A stretch of DNA of 15,768 bases, from assembly GCA_037445915.1 (NCBI GenBank), contig JBBIJQ010000020.1, forward strand, positions 1 through 15,768, read 5' to 3'. The number at the start of each line of letters is the position of its first letter. Positions within the stretch are counted from its first letter, which is position 1. Below the pieces are notes generated by a model. That model was not told where the DNA came from, did no database searches, and saw only the letters and a program-made list of their open reading frames with translations. This DNA comes from Planctomycetales bacterium. Lineage in GTDB: Bacteria; 4484-113. A program made the translations under genes and the position numbers. Positions 13,546 through 15,768 of the stretch are shown in pieces.

Positions 13546-13775
13546 TGCCGCCAGGATTTCGCCGCTTCCGCCAGTCCAAAGTCTGCACGTTTTGCGTGGA
13601 GCCACAGCTTCCGGTTGATTATAAAATCGTCGCGCTGCTGCAAAAGTTCCTCAGCGAGCGCGGCAAGGTACTTCCTCGCCGCCGCACCGGTGTCTGCGCG
13701 AGGCACCAGCGCATGTTGATTGGAGCCATTAAGCACGCGCGGTTTATGGCGCTGCTGCCTTACACCAAGCGGTAG
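13545..13775 (+). CDS. rpsR: 30S ribosomal protein S18, zinc-binding C+ type
   Basis: 'VCTFC...VDYK...[22 protein letters not shown]...[13 protein letters not shown]'. TAATG overlap with rpsF. Confidence 0.97.
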   Translation: MPPGFRRFRQSKVCTFCVEPQLPVDYKIVALLQKFLSERGKVLPRRRTGVCARHQRMLIGAIKHARFMALLPYTKR

Positions 13776-13800
13776 CCGGTGAAGACTTAGGAGAACGATG

Positions 13801-14400
13801 ATGCAAGTCATACTGCTTGACGATATTATTGGCCTGGGAGAAGCAGGCGACATAGTGAAGGTCAAAGACGGCTTTGGCCGCAACTTTCTCATACCCAAGG
13901 GCCTTGCCCAGTTCGCCACCAAAGAAGGGATGAACCGCATCCAAGCAATCCGCAAGGCAGGCGAAGCCCGGCGGATGAAGCGCATCATTGAAGTCAAGGA
14001 CAAGGTCGTCGTCCTGGACCAGAAGACCATTACCATCCCGATGAAGGCTGGCACTGAATCCAAGATTTTCGGCGCGGTAACTGCGCTGCTTCTGTCTGAG
14101 CGCATCAAGGATCATTTTGGCTTGGACATTGACCGCCGCTATATAATGCTTGAGGAGCCCATTAAGCGCCTTGGCAGTTTTCAAATTAACATTAAGGCCG
14201 GTACGGAAGCATCTGCGGTGCTAAACGTTGAGGTCATTGACGAAAGCACTCTCGCCCCGTCTAAACCGGTTGTCGAGCGCCATCCGCAACGTAAAGAGCC
14301 CGAGCCTGTGAAGGCTGACGCCGCCGAGCTTCCTTCTGAAGATACGGAAGACGCGCGAGAGGATATAGGCTCTGAGATAGAAGAGCAGCTTACCCCGTAG
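13801..14400 (+). CDS. rplI: 50S ribosomal protein L9 with a C-terminal acidic extension
   Basis: 'MQVILLDDIIGLGEAGDIVKVKDGFGRNFLIPKGLA', 'KIFGAVT' and 'PIKRLG'. AGGAG at 13789-13793 favours ATG 13801 (alternative 13798). Confidence 0.96.
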   Translation: MQVILLDDIIGLGEAGDIVKVKDGFGRNFLIPKGLAQFATKEGMNRIQAIRKAGEARRMKRIIEVKDKVVVLDQKTITIPMKAGTESKIFGAVTALLLSERIKDHFGLDIDRRYIMLEEPIKRLGSFQINIKAGTEASAVLNVEVIDESTLAPSKPVVERHPQRKEPEPVKADAAELPSEDTEDAREDIGSEIEEQLTP

Positions 14401-15460
14401 GTTTCGCCCCGGCGCTTCTCTCCTCGCCTTGGAACAGCCCAGGCGCTAGTTCAACCCGAAAGCGGTCTGGTATAGTCATGCGCACCCCGCTGCCTTCGGG
14501 AACCGCAACGACCACATTGGCCGACAGGCTAAACTCTTTGCCTACAACGCTCACGCTTCCGCTCAACACAAGCTCAGTTGAACCCATTTTCTTCTCAACT
14601 GACTGCGCGCTGAAGTTGATAACATTGCCTTCGTTATCCAACAACCATCCTTTCACCGGCGCGCTTTCCGACCCGCTGATTACGAAAAGCGTCTGCTCAA
14701 CGCCGGATCCTGCGCCCTTCTCTGCGGCAAGGTTTGCGGCTAAGCTGTTTCCAGCAACGCCAAGCCTTTCAGCTTTCACCGTGATTTCGGAAGCGGTGAA
14801 CAGCAGCCGGCGCTGATGAACGCCTTCAGTCTTCAGGAAAGCCTTGTTCCCGCGGATAGCCATCCCTCCACCCGTGAGCCTTTGCGTTTGCTCTGAGAAT
14901 AGCGGACCGGCAATGACTGCCGTGAAACCATCGTCCAGCGTGCAAAGCTGTCCGTCAAAATCGTAGTGGAGCTGCTTGCCAGAAAGCTCCAGCCCCTCCT
15001 CCCAGGCCGCGCTAACATTCCCAAGTAGCTCTGCGCTGCGCGGCTGAAGCGTGTTTATGTCAAGCAACAGAGCGCCGGTGTCGGAGGCGGCGCTAACGCC
15101 TTGCGCCTTGTATGAAAGCGAAAGCCCGCCCTCCGCGCGCAGAACGCCTGTTGAAAGGTCTGCCTCGCAGCGGGCAGTAGTCATCTCATACTCAGGCCCG
15201 GCAAGGCGCACTTGCCCGCTGAGCGTAACCTTCTGGGTTAGCGAGTCAAACTCAACCTGCGAGGCTAGCAGCCGCATCCCGCCGTAAGCAAGCTCCGCAT
15301 CCAAAAAGATGCCGCGCTGGCCGACTTCGGTGAACACTACTTGCGCGGTCGCAGCGCTGACTACCTCTACGAAACGCCCAGCCTGATGCGCTAATGACGG
15401 CTGCGCCGCGAGTAACAGCGCGACGGCAATCGGCAAGGCTGCGAAACACCGAATCCTCAT
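14390..15460 (-). CDS. Secreted beta-rich protein with LptA/OstA (LptD N-terminal)-like beta-jellyroll repeats
   Basis: Sec signal peptide (MRIRCFAALPIAVALLLAAQPSLA). Recurring OstA-like units 'LLASQVEFD...VTLSGQVRL', 'LRAEGGLSL', 'AELLGNVSA', 'LSGKQLHYD' and 'LVLSGSVSV'. The fold assignment is by pattern only. Confidence 0.6.
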   Translation of the reverse strand: MRIRCFAALPIAVALLLAAQPSLAHQAGRFVEVVSAATAQVVFTEVGQRGIFLDAELAYGGMRLLASQVEFDSLTQKVTLSGQVRLAGPEYEMTTARCEADLSTGVLRAEGGLSLSYKAQGVSAASDTGALLLDINTLQPRSAELLGNVSAAWEEGLELSGKQLHYDFDGQLCTLDDGFTAVIAGPLFSEQTQRLTGGGMAIRGNKAFLKTEGVHQRRLLFTASEITVKAERLGVAGNSLAANLAAEKGAGSGVEQTLFVISGSESAPVKGWLLDNEGNVINFSAQSVEKKMGSTELVLSGSVSVVGKEFSLSANVVVAVPEGSGVRMTIPDRFRVELAPGLFQGEERSAGAKPTG

Positions 15461-15768
15461 GCGAAGCGCAGTACCTCCGCGTCCAGCGCGTAGTAGTAAT
15501 CGGCGGACAAGCGCAGTTCTTCTGCAGTGGAGCTTGGAAAAGAGTAAACCTCCACGCGCACACCCATCGCCTTCAGCTTTTCAACAAGCGCGACGAAATC
15601 GCCGTCGCCAGTCACTAGCGCAATCGCGTCAACCTTCGGAGCGATATTAATTGCGTCAATCGCCAGGCCCATGTCCCAGTCGCCTTTCGCCGAACCATCG
15701 GGTCGTACCTTAAGCTTCTTAGACTTGATCTCCACGCCGAGGCTTATCATGAAATCCAGGAACTTCGT
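15457..15768 (-). CDS. NYN-domain (LabA/DUF88, PIN-like) protein, C-terminal part, truncated by the right window edge
   Basis: 'KGDWDMGLAIDA', 'IALVTGDGDFVALVEKLKAMGVRVEV' and 'TAEELRLSADYY'. The frame is open to the window edge. ATGA overlap with the downstream gene. Confidence 0.9.
   Translation of the reverse strand, partial: TKFLDFMISLGVEIKSKKLKVRPDGSAKGDWDMGLAIDAINIAPKVDAIALVTGDGDFVALVEKLKAMGVRVEVYSFPSSTAEELRLSADYYYALDAEVLRFA

Noticed and set aside
13219-14184. Minus-strand ORFs of 128-211 aa over rpsF-rpsR-rplI
   Set aside because: Antisense shadows of conserved ribosomal protein genes.
1-15768. CRISPR array, tRNA/rRNA genes, CIRCE operator
   Set aside because: No regularly spaced repeats, cloverleaf or rRNA-like segments, or TTAGCACTC-N9-GAGTGCTAA were seen. 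Intergenic gaps are short, and the chaperone promoter lies outside the window.

Overview
Bacterial chromosomal window with five blocks. (1) A + strand operon for a divergent second Hsp70 system: partial J-domain protein, atypical GrpE, short DnaK paralog, and a Zn-ribbon/TPR protein. (2) Two tandem, architecturally paralogous ~930-1000 aa lipoproteins on the - strand, each with about 4 PKD/Ig-like domains and a 6-blade Kelch propeller. They have their own -10 box, an upstream C4-TATA-G4 palindrome and a downstream terminator. (3) An Xaa-Pro aminopeptidase gene followed by efp, encoding a PGKGP-type EF-P. (4) An internally deleted IS481-family element with recognisable terminal inverted repeats, sitting where trmD-rplS normally follow rpsP-khpA-rimM. 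(5) A divergent rpsF-rpsR-rplI operon (no ssb, L9 with an acidic tail), convergent with a secreted LptA/OstA-like protein and a partial NYN (LabA/DUF88) protein. The best candidates for an undescribed system are the specialised Hsp70-J-GrpE-TPR module and the tandem PKD-Kelch lipoprotein pair. All calls come from reading motifs by eye; no searches were run.
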